A stretch of DNA of 64,000 bases from an uncultured Collinsella sp. (GTDB lineage Bacteria > Actinomycetota > Coriobacteriia > Coriobacteriales > Coriobacteriaceae). The notes under the pieces are model-generated. The model was not told the DNA's origin. It searched no databases and worked only from the letters and a program-made list of their open reading frames with translations. Positions 17,835 through 28,167 of this stretch are shown here, piece by piece (the first letter of the stretch is position 1; every line of letters starts with the position of its first letter). The stretch lies in assembly GCA_900540905.1 (NCBI GenBank), contig UQHR01000002.1, positions 45,321 through 109,320 on the forward strand, read 5' to 3'. The position numbers and the translations under genes were made by a program.

Positions 17835-19556
17835 TTAACGGCGTGCTGCCTTCACAAGCTCGGCGACCTTGGCGACGACCTCGTCGATCGCCACATCCTC
17901 GCGCTCACCCGTGGCACGGTCCTTGAGCTCAACGGTGCCATTCTTAAGGCCACGCTTACCCAGAACGACCTGATACGGGAAGCCCATAAGGTCGTTGTCG
18001 GCAAACTTAAAGCCGGGACGCTCGTCGCGGTCGTCGACGACAACCTCGATACCCTCGGCGCACAGGCCATCAACGATCTGCTCGCAGACGGTAGCGCACT
18101 CCTCCTTCTTGGGATCGAGCGGAATCACCGCGACCTCGTACGGGGCAACGGAGACCGGCCAGACGATACCGTGCTCGTCGTTGTGCTGCTCCACGACGGC
18201 AGCGAGCGAGCGGGACACACCAACGCCGTAGCAGCCCATGATGAGCGGCTTCTCCTTGCCGTCCTCGTCCATAAAGGTGGCACCCATGGCCTCGGAATAC
18301 TTGGTGCCCAGCTGGAAGACCTGAGAGACCTCGATGCCGCGGGCAGCGGAGAGCGGCTTGCCGCAGTGCGGGCAGGGGTCGCCGGCGACAACGGTGACCA
18401 GATCGGCCCACTCATCGACGGTAAAGTCGCGCTCGGGGCAGGCACCGGTAAAGTGATAATCGACCTCGTTGGCACCGCAGGCCCACTGCTTGGAATCGCG
18501 CAGGCTCTCGTCGCACACCAGACGAATACCATCGGGCAGGTTAACCGGTCCGATAAAGCCCTTGTGCAGACCGTTCGCCTGAAGCTCCTCGTCGGTCATC
18601 ATGCGATAGCCCTTGCCAAAGACGTGCTCGGCCTTGCAATCGTTGAGCTCGTGATCGCCCGGAACAATGGCCACGACCGGCTTGCCCTCGGCGTCGATGA
18701 GTGCCAGCGACTTGCGCGTGCCGTTCTCGGGGAACCCAAAGAACTTAGCAACAGCCTCAATGGTGCCCATGCCCGGAGTCTCAACCTTGGTGAGCGTACC
18801 GTCACCAGGACCCTCGGTCACGACGACCTTGGTGCTTGCCGCCTCGTCATCGGCAGCAAAGCCGCAATCGTCGCAGTAGACGAGCGAAGCCTCGCCGGCG
18901 TCGGCCAAAGCCATGTACTCGACGGAGGTATCGCCACCGATCTCACCGGAGTCGGCAACAACGGGCAGGGCCTTGATATAGCAGCGCTCGCAGATGTTAG
19001 CGTAGGCCTGCTTCATCTTGTCATACTCCTCCTGCAGGCTCTCCTGCGTGGCGGAGAAGCTGTAGGCGTCCTTCATGATGAACTCGCGACCGCGCATCAG
19101 GCCAAAGCGGGGGCGGAACTCGTCGCGGAACTTGTCCTGAATGTGGTACAGGTTGACGGGCAGCTGCTTGTAGGAGCGCAGCTCGTTGCGCACCAGGGCC
19201 GTGACGGTCTCCTCGTGCGTGGGGCCCAGGACGAACTCGCGACCATGACGGTCGTCAAAGCGCACAAGCTCCTTGCCATAGGCGTCGATGCGCCCGGACT
19301 CGCGCCACAACTCGGCGTCGACCATGATAGGCATCATAAGCTCCTGGGCGCCGGCAGCGTCCATCTCGTCGCGCACGATATTCTCGATCTTACGGATCGA
19401 GCGCCAAGCAAGCGGCAGGTAGGAATACAGGCCGGCGGCCTCCTTGCGGATCATGCCGGCACGGAGCAGCAGGCGGTGACTGGCGAGCTCAGCGTCCGCC
19501 GGATCCTCTTTAAGCGTCGGCGCATAGAGCTTAGACATGTACATTGCTCGGGTCAT
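17835..19556 (-). CDS. proS: Proline--tRNA ligase (bacterial type with insertion/editing domain)
   Basis: MSKLYAPTLKEDPADAELASHRLLLRAGMIRK... is a ProRS N-terminus. Class II motifs, INS domain and C-terminal anticodon-binding domain are present. Confidence 0.9.
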   Translation of the reverse strand: MTRAMYMSKLYAPTLKEDPADAELASHRLLLRAGMIRKEAAGLYSYLPLAWRSIRKIENIVRDEMDAAGAQELMMPIMVDAELWRESGRIDAYGKELVRFDDRHGREFVLGPTHEETVTALVRNELRSYKQLPVNLYHIQDKFRDEFRPRFGLMRGREFIMKDAYSFSATQESLQEEYDKMKQAYANICERCYIKALPVVADSGEIGGDTSVEYMALADAGEASLVYCDDCGFAADDEAASTKVVVTEGPGDGTLTKVETPGMGTIEAVAKFFGFPENGTRKSLALIDAEGKPVVAIVPGDHELNDCKAEHVFGKGYRMMTDEELQANGLHKGFIGPVNLPDGIRLVCDESLRDSKQWACGANEVDYHFTGACPERDFTVDEWADLVTVVAGDPCPHCGKPLSAARGIEVSQVFQLGTKYSEAMGATFMDEDGKEKPLIMGCYGVGVSRSLAAVVEQHNDEHGIVWPVSVAPYEVAVIPLDPKKEECATVCEQIVDGLCAEGIEVVVDDRDERPGFKFADNDLMGFPYQVVLGKRGLKNGTVELKDRATGEREDVAIDEVVAKVAELVKAARR

Positions 19557-20648
19557 TTATTTCTCCTCAATAAGTTTGTCGACCTCGGCCATCAGCGCGT
19601 CGACAATTTGGTCCTCAGCTACTTTACCAATGATCTGGCCATGCGAAAAGAGCAAGGCCTGACCACGTCCGCAAGCAACGCCCAGGTCGGCATCAGAAGC
19701 CTCGCCGGGGCCATTAACGGCACATCCCATGACGGCAATCGAAAGCGGCGCGGCATAGTTCTTAAGCCGCTCGGTGACTTCCTCGGCGATGGGAATCAGG
19801 TTGACCTGGCAGCGGGCGCACGTGGGGCACGAGACAATCTCGGGACCACGACGGCGCAGGCCCAGCGACTGCAAAATTCCCCAGGCAACCGGCGGCTCCT
19901 CGACCGGATCGGCTGTAAGCGATACACGCATGGTATCGCCGATGCCCTCGGAAAGCAGGATGCCCAGACCCACGGAGCTCTTGATAGTGCCCTGAAGTTT
20001 AGTGCCGGCCTCAGTGACACCCAGATGAAGCGGAACGTGGGGAATCTCACGCGACAGAGCACGATAGGTATCGAGTGTCGTTTGCACGCTATGGGCCTTG
20101 GCCGAAAGCACAATGTTCGTAAAGCCGCGGTCCTCAAAGTGCTTGACGAAGCGCTCGCTCGACATCACGAGCTTTTCGGGCTGCGTGAGGTCTTCGCGCT
20201 CGGCGATATCCTGCTCAAGCGAGCCCGCGTTCACGCCAATGCGAATCGCGCACCCAGCGGCGCCCGCGGCATCGATCACGGCATTGACCTTGGCCCAATC
20301 GCCAATGTTGCCGGGATTGATGCGGAGCTTGGCGGCACCGGCCTCCACAGCGCCAATGGCCAGCTTGTGGTTAAAGTGGATATCGGCAACGATTGGCACC
20401 GGAGACTCGGCACAGATGGTGCGGAAACCCTCAAGCGCGGCCTCAGTGGGCACGCTCACACGCACGATATCGCAGCCAGCCTGCGCCAACGCGCACACTT
20501 GCGCAAGTGTTGCCTGGGCATCAGCGGTATCGGTGCAGGTCATAGATTGGACCACCACCGGTGCGCCGCCACCGATCTGCACGCCGCCCACATGCACGGG
20601 GCGCGTCAGCTCGCGAGGCAAAGGATGGGATAAAGACAATCCAAACAC
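19557..20648 (-). CDS. ispG: 4-hydroxy-3-methylbut-2-en-1-yl diphosphate synthase (IspG/GcpE)
   Basis: TRPVHVGGVQIGGGAPVVVQSMTCTDTADAQATL... and a C-terminal Cys cluster CPTCARC. A GTG start at 20648 is proposed to avoid overlap with rseP. The start is uncertain. Confidence 0.85.
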   Translation of the reverse strand: MFGLSLSHPLPRELTRPVHVGGVQIGGGAPVVVQSMTCTDTADAQATLAQVCALAQAGCDIVRVSVPTEAALEGFRTICAESPVPIVADIHFNHKLAIGAVEAGAAKLRINPGNIGDWAKVNAVIDAAGAAGCAIRIGVNAGSLEQDIAEREDLTQPEKLVMSSERFVKHFEDRGFTNIVLSAKAHSVQTTLDTYRALSREIPHVPLHLGVTEAGTKLQGTIKSSVGLGILLSEGIGDTMRVSLTADPVEEPPVAWGILQSLGLRRRGPEIVSCPTCARCQVNLIPIAEEVTERLKNYAAPLSIAVMGCAVNGPGEASDADLGVACGRGQALLFSHGQIIGKVAEDQIVDALMAEVDKLIEEK

Positions 20649-20652
20649 TCCC

Positions 20653-22029
20653 CTACAGAATAAATCGAAGGATGTCGGAACGAAGCATATAGACAAACAG
20701 CAGCGCAAAGAGCGCGATGCCCACATAGCTCACAATCGTCTGGACCTTGAGCGGAAGCTCGCGGCCCGCAATCTTCTGAATGATCTCGATGACTAGCTTG
20801 CCGCCATCGAGTGGCGGGATGGGCAGCAGGTTCATAAAGCCAAGCGAGAACGAAATGAGGGCGGCAAACGAAAGGAACGTGGCAGGGCCGGCAGCAGCAG
20901 CCTGTGAGGACATAACGCTAATACCCACGATCGAAGAGGACTGATCGAGAATCTCCATCGTATGCTGCGGCTGGAGCAGGCGCATCACGCCCTCCGCTGT
21001 CTGCACAACATAGGAGAACGACAGGCGAGCCGACGTGATGGGGTCTAAACGGACCACCTGCGTAGAGGCATACACACCTAGGCGATCGTCCTCTTTGAGC
21101 GCAACCGTGGTCGAATGCTGCTTGCCGTCACGCTCGTACTCAATGGCGATATCGTCCTTACCGGCAGCCTTGCCGATGGCATCGTAAACGTCCATCCAGG
21201 TAGAGCACGATACTCCGTCGACCGAAAGAATCGCGTCGCCGCCCTCGATTCCCGCCGAGGCGGCAATCGAGCCTTCGTCAACCTGGCCAATCACATTGGT
21301 ATCCACCGGCACGGTGACACCTGCGATGGAATAGATGCTCATAAGGAGCAAAAAACCCGTCAGGATATTGACGATAATGCCCGCAAGCAGCATAAAGGCA
21401 CGCTTGACAAAGCCCTGGCCCAAATAGGTGTGCGAGCGCTCTTGCGCAAGGAACTCGGCCTCGCCGAACGGCAGCTCCCACACATCGCCCTCGGCAGTCG
21501 CATGTTCGCGATCGAAACGGCGACCATCAAAGGTGGTATAGCCTGCCGTGTCTCGCGGCAACGTCTGATATTTGGTGGGATAGTAGCTCGGCGAGGGCTT
21601 CTCCCCTTCCTCATACCAGGGCGCGATGGAGCCCCAGCCCAGCAACAGGGCACAAGCCTCGAGCACATCCTCCTCGGAAAGCTCGAGCTCGACAGCAAGG
21701 TCGGCCACGGTCACGCGACCATGACGATAGATAGCCGCGAGCACGCGATCGGCGCACGAGACATCGGTCGGATCCATACCGCAGATGGCAGCGTAGCCAC
21801 CCAGCAGCAGCGGGGTCACGCCAAACTTGGTTCCAATGCGACGCGACGTGTAATGGATGTCAAAGCGGCACGGCAGACCCAAAAAGAACTCGGTCACATG
21901 GACGCCGCAGGCACGCGCCGCCAAAAAGTGGCCGCCCTCGTGCAAAAACACGAGGACGGAAAGCATCAGCAGGCCCCAAAAGACCGATGAGAGAACGCTC
22001 AGAACAGTATCCATAAAACGAAAAAGCAA
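20653..22029 (-). CDS. rseP: RIP zinc metalloprotease RseP (site-2 protease)
   Basis: HExxH motif (FLHEGGHFLAARACGV) in TM1, a PDZ domain, and the C-terminal LDGG motif (PIPPLDGGKL). Confidence 0.85.
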   Translation of the reverse strand: MLFRFMDTVLSVLSSVFWGLLMLSVLVFLHEGGHFLAARACGVHVTEFFLGLPCRFDIHYTSRRIGTKFGVTPLLLGGYAAICGMDPTDVSCADRVLAAIYRHGRVTVADLAVELELSEEDVLEACALLLGWGSIAPWYEEGEKPSPSYYPTKYQTLPRDTAGYTTFDGRRFDREHATAEGDVWELPFGEAEFLAQERSHTYLGQGFVKRAFMLLAGIIVNILTGFLLLMSIYSIAGVTVPVDTNVIGQVDEGSIAASAGIEGGDAILSVDGVSCSTWMDVYDAIGKAAGKDDIAIEYERDGKQHSTTVALKEDDRLGVYASTQVVRLDPITSARLSFSYVVQTAEGVMRLLQPQHTMEILDQSSSIVGISVMSSQAAAAGPATFLSFAALISFSLGFMNLLPIPPLDGGKLVIEIIQKIAGRELPLKVQTIVSYVGIALFALLFVYMLRSDILRFIL

Positions 22030-22039
22030 TCCTTATGGG

Positions 22040-23227
22040 TTAGGAACGGGTTGCGGCGAGCACCTGCGCAGCCTTTTCACGCGCCCACGCATCGATGTCG
22101 CGAAGCTGCTCAAACGAATCGACCGCCTGCATATCGTGGGCGTCCATGCAGGATTCCACAATGCGATCGATATCGGTAAAGCTGCAGCCATCGTGCAGGA
22201 AGGCATCGACGGCGACCTCGTTGGCGGCATTGAGCACGCACGGCATGGTGCCACCCATCTTGCCGGCGCGCTCGGCCAGTGCCAGACAGCGGAAGGTATC
22301 CATGTCGGCAGCATCAAACGTGAGCTGCCCCAGCTCGCGGAAATCGATACGAGGCGCCGGGGTATCCCAACGCTCGGGATACGAGAACGCGAACTGGATG
22401 GGAATACGCATGTCGGATGCACCGAGATGCGCCATCACGGAGCCGTCGGCGAACTCGACCATAGAGTGAATCTTGGACTGACGCTGCACGACCACGTTAA
22501 TGAAATCGAGGTCGCAGTTAAACAGATGCATGGCCTCAATGCGCTCCAGGCCCTTGTTCATGAGGGTGGCGGAGTCAATGGTGATCTTGGCACCCATGGC
22601 CCACGTGGGATGCGCGAGGGCATCGGCACGCGTCACGCGATCGAGCTCGTCGCGCGTGCGGCCAAAGAACGGACCGCCCGAGCAGGTGAGCCAAATGCAG
22701 TGGGCCTCGCGCGGGTTCTCCCCCAGATAGCACTGGTAGATGGCGGAATGCTCAGAGTCGACCGGAATAAGCTGGCCCGGTTGTGCCAACGGCATAAGCA
22801 AGTCGCCACCGACGACGAGGGACTCCTTGTTGGCAAGGGCAAGGCGCTTATTCGAGGTCAAGGCCGCATGGCTCGCCTCGAGACCGGCGGCGCCCACAAT
22901 AGCGACGAGCACGCAGTCGACATCGTCGCGACGCGCGAGCTCGCAAACCGCCTGCGCGCCAACGCCGAGCTTCGTTCCCTCGGGCAACTCCTGCAGCACG
23001 GCGTCATCGCCATGAGCGGCATCGGCCACGGCAACCGCCGGAACCGAGAACTCGCGGGCAGCGGCAACGAGCTCAGAGGTACTGGAGTTAACGGACAGCG
23101 CCGTCACCTGCAGGCGATCGGCATGCTGGCGGCACACATCGAGCGCCTGAGTGCCGATAGAGCCCGTACAGCCCAGGATGGCAACGCGGAGACGTCCATC
23201 GGAGCCATACGTCGTCTGGAAAGACAT
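22040..23227 (-). CDS. dxr: 1-deoxy-D-xylulose 5-phosphate reductoisomerase
   Basis: NADPH-binding N-terminus RVAILGCTGSIGTQALDV. 395 aa. Confidence 0.9.
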   Translation of the reverse strand: MSFQTTYGSDGRLRVAILGCTGSIGTQALDVCRQHADRLQVTALSVNSSTSELVAAAREFSVPAVAVADAAHGDDAVLQELPEGTKLGVGAQAVCELARRDDVDCVLVAIVGAAGLEASHAALTSNKRLALANKESLVVGGDLLMPLAQPGQLIPVDSEHSAIYQCYLGENPREAHCIWLTCSGGPFFGRTRDELDRVTRADALAHPTWAMGAKITIDSATLMNKGLERIEAMHLFNCDLDFINVVVQRQSKIHSMVEFADGSVMAHLGASDMRIPIQFAFSYPERWDTPAPRIDFRELGQLTFDAADMDTFRCLALAERAGKMGGTMPCVLNAANEVAVDAFLHDGCSFTDIDRIVESCMDAHDMQAVDSFEQLRDIDAWAREKAAQVLAATRS

Positions 23228-24126
23228 TACAGCACGCCTCCGATCATCAGCAACAGCTGCGCGGTGATGCAGCCGAAGATAAGCGAATCGCTACGATCGA
23301 GCATGCCGCCGTGGCCCGGGATAAGGTTGCCGGAATCCTTGACGCCCACACCGCGCTTGATGCGCGACTCGATAAGGTCGCCGATAACGCCCAAAATGGA
23401 CACGACCACGCCGCACAGCAGCGCATAGGGCAGGCTGAGCTTGTAGAAGTGCGTCGCCCACAGGATGAGCCAAATCAAAACCGAGCCCAGGATGCCGCCG
23501 ACAAACCCCTCCCAGCTCTTTTTGGGAGAGATCTTGGGAACCATCTTGTGCTTGCCGATACGGCTACCCACGATGTAGGCAAACGAATCGGAGACCCAAA
23601 GGGACGCGCAAACGCCCACCGAAAGCAGGGCGCCGGCAAAACCGGGCACGGCGTCGCGCAGCAGCACGATAGCCGACAGCATAAAGCCAGTGTAGATGGG
23701 GCCCATGAGCGTCACGGCCACATCAGAGATGCGGGTACGCGGCGACCAGACATACCAAATACCCACAGCGAGCATCAGGGCAAAAAGCAGGGCATTCAGC
23801 AACATCGAATCGCCCAACGCCGACAGCGGAAAGAGTACGGCGGCAGCGATACCCATGCGCTCGTTAGCCATCTTGCCATCGAGCCTTGTCATACGGAAAA
23901 ACTCATAGCAGCACAGACCGCTCATGACAGAAACAAAGATGGCCGTGGGCACGATACCCAAAACCAGGCACAGGATAAAGACAACGGCGTAGACGATACC
24001 GGCGGCGGCACGGGTAATAAAGCCCGCCAGCCACGAACCGGTGCCGCTCTTCGCTGCAGGCGCTCCCGCAGCGGCAGCTTTGCGCGCAGGCGTCTTGGGA
24101 GCAGATGCCTTGGGACGATCGGACAC
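23227..24126 (-). CDS. cdsA: Phosphatidate cytidylyltransferase
   Basis: Polytopic membrane protein with the C-terminal signature PGHGGMLDRSDSLIF. Confidence 0.85.
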   Translation of the reverse strand: MSDRPKASAPKTPARKAAAAGAPAAKSGTGSWLAGFITRAAAGIVYAVVFILCLVLGIVPTAIFVSVMSGLCCYEFFRMTRLDGKMANERMGIAAAVLFPLSALGDSMLLNALLFALMLAVGIWYVWSPRTRISDVAVTLMGPIYTGFMLSAIVLLRDAVPGFAGALLSVGVCASLWVSDSFAYIVGSRIGKHKMVPKISPKKSWEGFVGGILGSVLIWLILWATHFYKLSLPYALLCGVVVSILGVIGDLIESRIKRGVGVKDSGNLIPGHGGMLDRSDSLIFGCITAQLLLMIGGVL

Positions 24127-24128
24127 GA

Positions 24129-24923
24129 TTAAGCCTCCTCGGTCTTGCTCAGTCCACCAAACCTACGGTCACGGCCCTGATAGACCAAAATGGCGTCGAC
24201 AAGGCCCCAACGATCAAAGTCAGGCCAATAGGTATCGGTGACGTAGAATTCGGAATAAGCCGCCTGCCACAGCAGATAGTTCGAAAGGCGCAGCTCACCA
24301 GAGGTGCGAATCACAAGCTCAGGATCGGGAAGGCCGGCGGTATAGAGATGGGAAGCCACCATGTCGTCATCAATTGCGGCAGGATCGATCTTACCGGCGG
24401 CAGCGTCGAGTGCAATCTGACGGACAGCGCGGGTAATCTCGGCACGCGCGCCGTAGTTGACGGCAAGCGCCAGCGTCATACCGGTGTGATCGGCGCACTC
24501 GGCAAGACCGCGTTCAAAAACGTCGCGGGTCTTCTTGGGCAGCGCGGAAATGTCACCCAAAAAGACAACACGCACGTTTTCGCGCTTCAGAAGCGGCAGC
24601 TCGTCGATGAACGTCTTGGCAAACAGATGCATCAAGACGTTTACCTCATGCTGCGGACGGTTCCAGTTTTCGGTAGAAAACGCATAGGCAGAAAGCACGT
24701 CGACGCCCAGGCGCACGCAGGCGGTAATGATCTCGCGAAGGGAGACGATACCCGCCTTGTGGCCCTCAGTGCGCGCAAGACCGCGCGACGTGGCCCAACG
24801 ACCGTTGCCGTCCATGATGCACGAGATATGGTGCGGAATGTTATTGAGGTCAAGGTCGGAAAAACCGACGCCCGCAGGGGCGTCGGCAAAGTACTCGACC
24901 AGTTTATGCTCGTCGTATTGCAC
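24129..24923 (-). CDS. uppS: Isoprenyl transferase (undecaprenyl-diphosphate synthase)
   Basis: PHHISCIMDGNGRWA matches the cis-prenyltransferase signature. Confidence 0.9.
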   Translation of the reverse strand: MQYDEHKLVEYFADAPAGVGFSDLDLNNIPHHISCIMDGNGRWATSRGLARTEGHKAGIVSLREIITACVRLGVDVLSAYAFSTENWNRPQHEVNVLMHLFAKTFIDELPLLKRENVRVVFLGDISALPKKTRDVFERGLAECADHTGMTLALAVNYGARAEITRAVRQIALDAAAGKIDPAAIDDDMVASHLYTAGLPDPELVIRTSGELRLSNYLLWQAAYSEFYVTDTYWPDFDRWGLVDAILVYQGRDRRFGGLSKTEEA

Positions 24924-24924
24924 C

Positions 24925-25461
24925 TTAGATCTCCATGACCTCGGCTTCTTTTTCCTTCAGAAGCTCCTCGACCTTGGCGACATACTCATCAGTGTGCTTC
25001 TGGACCTTGGCCTGCTCGCGACGGACATCGTCCTCGGTGAGCTCCTCATCGCGCTCGAGCTTGTTGTTGAAGTCGCGACGGATGTTACGGATAGACACCT
25101 TGGCCTGCTCGGCGTACTCGCGGCACTCCTTGACGAGCTCGCGACGGCGCTCCTCGGTGGGAGCCGGGAACGGCAGACGAACGACGGTGCCATCGGAGTT
25201 GGGGGTAATACCCAGATCGGAAGCGCCGATGGCCTTGACGATAGCGTTGATAAGTGCCTTGTCCCACGGCTCGATGAGCAGCATGTGGGCCTCGGGGGTC
25301 TTGACGGCGGCAATCTGCGTGACCGGCGTGGGAACACCGTAATAATCGACGGTGATGTCGGACAGAATGTTGGCATTGGCGCGGCCGGTACGGACCTTGG
25401 AGAAGTTATGCTTGAGGGACTCGAGCGACTTGTCCATATGGGCGGTGATGTTCTCTGCCAT
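24925..25461 (-). CDS. frr: Ribosome recycling factor
   Basis: 178 aa. MAENITAHMDKSLESLKHNFSKVRTGRANANIL... is typical Frr. Conserved pyrH-frr order. Confidence 0.92.
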   Translation of the reverse strand: MAENITAHMDKSLESLKHNFSKVRTGRANANILSDITVDYYGVPTPVTQIAAVKTPEAHMLLIEPWDKALINAIVKAIGASDLGITPNSDGTVVRLPFPAPTEERRRELVKECREYAEQAKVSIRNIRRDFNNKLERDEELTEDDVRREQAKVQKHTDEYVAKVEELLKEKEAEVMEI

Positions 25462-25463
25462 GC

Positions 25464-26186
25464 TTAATCCTCCTGATAGACGAGCGTGCCGACGGGCTCA
25501 CCCGCGAGCGCGCGCTTGACGGTGTCCTCGCCATCGATGTTGAGGACCAAAATCGGCATACGGTTGTCCTGGCACAGTGCCGTAGCCGTGGAATCCATAA
25601 CCTGCAGACCGCGGACGAGCACCTCGTGATAGGTAATCTTGTCAAAACGGACGGCGTCGGCGCACTTGACGGGATCCTTGTCGTAGATGCCGTCAACCTT
25701 GGTGGCTTTAATCAGAATCTCGGCGCCGATCTCGCACGCACGAAGAGCCGCGGCGGTGTCGGTCGTAAAGTACGGATTGCCCGAACCGGCGGCAAAGATA
25801 ACGACGTTGCCCTTGGAAAGGTGGTTGATGGCGCGACGGCGAATATAGGGCTCGCAGATCTCGTTCATCTGGATAGCGCTCATAACGCGGCAGGGAACAT
25901 CGTTGTGCTCGAAGGCATCCTGCAGGGCGAGCGCGTTCATAACGGTTGCCAGCATGCCCATGTAGTCGGCCTGAGCACGCTCCATGCCACCGGCAGCGCC
26001 GGCCATGCCGCGGAAAATATTGCCGCCGCCGACAACGACGCCGACCTCATGGCCAACGGCGAGCAGCTCCTTGACCTGTTTGGCAAGATGGTCGGTAACC
26101 TTGGGGTCGATGCCATACTGGCCGTCGCCCATCAGTGCTTCGCCAGAAAGCTTAAGAAGCACGCGTTTATATCGGATGTCGGACAA
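25464..26186 (-). CDS. pyrH: UMP kinase
   Basis: [13 protein letters not shown]... signature. Apparent TTG start with RBS aaaggagga 6 nt upstream. Confidence 0.9.
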   Translation of the reverse strand: MSDIRYKRVLLKLSGEALMGDGQYGIDPKVTDHLAKQVKELLAVGHEVGVVVGGGNIFRGMAGAAGGMERAQADYMGMLATVMNALALQDAFEHNDVPCRVMSAIQMNEICEPYIRRRAINHLSKGNVVIFAAGSGNPYFTTDTAAALRACEIGAEILIKATKVDGIYDKDPVKCADAVRFDKITYHEVLVRGLQVMDSTATALCQDNRMPILVLNIDGEDTVKRALAGEPVGTLVYQED

Positions 26187-26245
26187 AGCGATCCTCCTTT
26201 AGATTGAACTCTCAACATTCTATCAAAGGCTCTAAGAAGAGCCAT

Positions 26246-26290
26246 GAAAAAGCAGGCTGTGAGTAAAACCCACAGCCTGCTCATTACCAG
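26246..26290 (-). terminator. Rho-independent terminator downstream of tsf
   Basis: 11-bp stem agcaggctgtg/cacagcctgct followed by uuuuuc on the minus-strand transcript. Confidence 0.65.
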
Positions 26291-26304
26291 CTACAAGAGC
26301 TTAT

Positions 26305-27174
26305 TTACTCGCCACGAACCAGACGGTCAAAGGCAACGACGGTAATGGTGTCGCCGAGCTCCTTGGAGACCTGCTCAGCGTACTTCTTGATGGTGAGGGA
26401 GCTGTCCTTGATGAACTCCTGCTCGGTGAGCACGGACTGCTTGTAGAACTTCTCCAGACGGCCGACAGCCATCTTCTCCTGGATAGCCTCGGGCTTACCG
26501 GACTCGGCAGCCTGAGCCATGTAGATCTGCTTCTCGTGCTCGACGGTCTCGGCCGGAACCTGATCGCGGGTAGCACAGATCGGGGCGACGGCGGCAACCT
26601 GAAGGGCAACGTCGTGAGCGAAGGTCTTGAAGGACTCAGCCTGAGCGGTCTCGGCCTTCTCGAAGGCGAACTCGACGAGGACGCCGATCTTACCACCCAT
26701 GTGGATGTAAGAAGCGAGCGCGCCGTTCTCAGCCTTGCGAGCAGCGAAGCGGGAGATCTTCATGTTCTCGCCCATGATGTGAATCATCTCGGTGAGCTCG
26801 GAGGAAACGGTCTCCTCGCCCATCGGCTTCTCGAGCAGAGCGTCGACGTCAGCAGGCTCGGTGGTAGCGACAACCTCAGCGACCTTGGAAGCAAAGCCGG
26901 TGAACTTGGCGTTGGAGCCAACGAAGTCGGTCTCGCAGGAGAGCTCGAGCAGAGCGCCGGTCTTGCCATCCTCGGAGACGAACGCGGCGACAGCGCCCTC
27001 GTTGGTCTCACGGCCAGCCTTCTTGGCAGCCTTGGCAAGGCCGTTCTTACGCAGAACGTCGACAGCGGCGTCCATGTCGCCGTCAGCCTCGACGAGAGCC
27101 TTCTTGCACTCCATCATCGGGGAGTCGGTCATCTCGCGGAGCTGCTTAACCATAGCGGCGGTAATCTGGGCCAT
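26305..27174 (-). CDS. tsf: Elongation factor Ts
   Basis: MAQITAAMVKQLREMTDSPMMECKKALVEADGDMDAAVDVLRK has the UBA-like N-terminus of EF-Ts. Confidence 0.92.
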   Translation of the reverse strand: MAQITAAMVKQLREMTDSPMMECKKALVEADGDMDAAVDVLRKNGLAKAAKKAGRETNEGAVAAFVSEDGKTGALLELSCETDFVGSNAKFTGFASKVAEVVATTEPADVDALLEKPMGEETVSSELTEMIHIMGENMKISRFAARKAENGALASYIHMGGKIGVLVEFAFEKAETAQAESFKTFAHDVALQVAAVAPICATRDQVPAETVEHEKQIYMAQAAESGKPEAIQEKMAVGRLEKFYKQSVLTEQEFIKDSSLTIKKYAEQVSKELGDTITVVAFDRLVRGE

Positions 27175-27219
27175 TGTGGTTCCTTTCAAAGAGATGAAAA
27201 AGAATTAACTAAGACTGAT

Positions 27220-27948
27220 TTACTCGGCCTTGGGCTCAGCGGCCATCTCGGCCTCGGAGACCTGCTCCTTGCCGGAGCCAGCGAGGCAGGCGTCAGCCAT
27301 GAGCTCGCACATAAGGGTGACAGCGGAGATAGCGTCATCGTTGCAGGGGATGCCGTACTCGACCTCGTCGGGATCGGAGTTGGTGTCGATCAGGGCGACG
27401 ACGGGGATGTTCAGGCGCTGGGCCTCCTTGATGGCGTTCTCCTCGCGCTTGGTGTCGATGACGAAGAGAGCCTGGGGCAGACCCTTCATGTCGCGGGCGC
27501 CACCGAGGTTGGTCTGGAGCTTAGTGAGCTCCTTGCCGAGAACAGCCTGCTCCTTCTTGGGCAGAACAGCCATGCGGCCGTCCTCGACCATAGCCTCGAG
27601 CTCCTCCATGCGGTTGATGCGGGAGCGGATGGTGACGAAGTTGGTCAGCATACCGCCGAGCCAACGCTGGTTGATGTAAGGCATGTTGGCGCGCTCAGCA
27701 GCGTTCTTGACGGCCTCCTGAGCCTGCTTCTTGGTGCCGACGAACAGCACGTTGCCACCCTTGGCGACGTTCTTGACGAAGGTGTAGGCCTGGTCGGCGT
27801 CGAGGATGGTCTGCTTGAGGTCAAGGATATAGATGCCGTTGCGCTCACCGAAGATGAACGGCTTCATCTTGGGGTTCCAGCGACGGGTCTGGTGACCGAA
27901 GTGGCAGCCGGCCTCGAGCAGGGTGCGGATATTAATCTTGGTAGCCAT
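27220..27948 (-). CDS. rpsB: 30S ribosomal protein S2
   Basis: [28 protein letters not shown]. Followed by tsf as in the conserved operon. A roughly 150-nt leader lies upstream. Confidence 0.93.
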   Translation of the reverse strand: MATKINIRTLLEAGCHFGHQTRRWNPKMKPFIFGERNGIYILDLKQTILDADQAYTFVKNVAKGGNVLFVGTKKQAQEAVKNAAERANMPYINQRWLGGMLTNFVTIRSRINRMEELEAMVEDGRMAVLPKKEQAVLGKELTKLQTNLGGARDMKGLPQALFVIDTKREENAIKEAQRLNIPVVALIDTNSDPDEVEYGIPCNDDAISAVTLMCELMADACLAGSGKEQVSEAEMAAEPKAE

Positions 27949-28167
27949 GTTAAACCTCCTGTGGTTTGCCTCCGCGCGGGGTCATCCTCCAAAACCAACC
28001 CGGACATGTGCTACCAAAGCCCGGGCACCACGGTATGAAGTAGCCGCGCGTGCGTGATAAAAACATGTTGCCGTGAAGCAACCCGATGAATGATAGCAGG
28101 AATGCTTCTTCCTGCCAACCCGCAATCAAAACCACACACCTGAGTGCGGCGCGGGACGTCCCAGCAA

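Noticed and set aside
18171-20633. Very long plus-strand ORFs antisense to real genes (for example 820 aa over proS/ispG; 1056 aa at 38790-41960 over glyS/glyQ; 645 aa over ppdK; 493 aa over thiI)
   Set aside because: These are typical high-GC shadow ORFs. They run antisense to genes with unambiguous conserved protein signatures, span gene boundaries, and their translations are low-complexity Arg/Ala/Gly-rich with no recognisable motifs.
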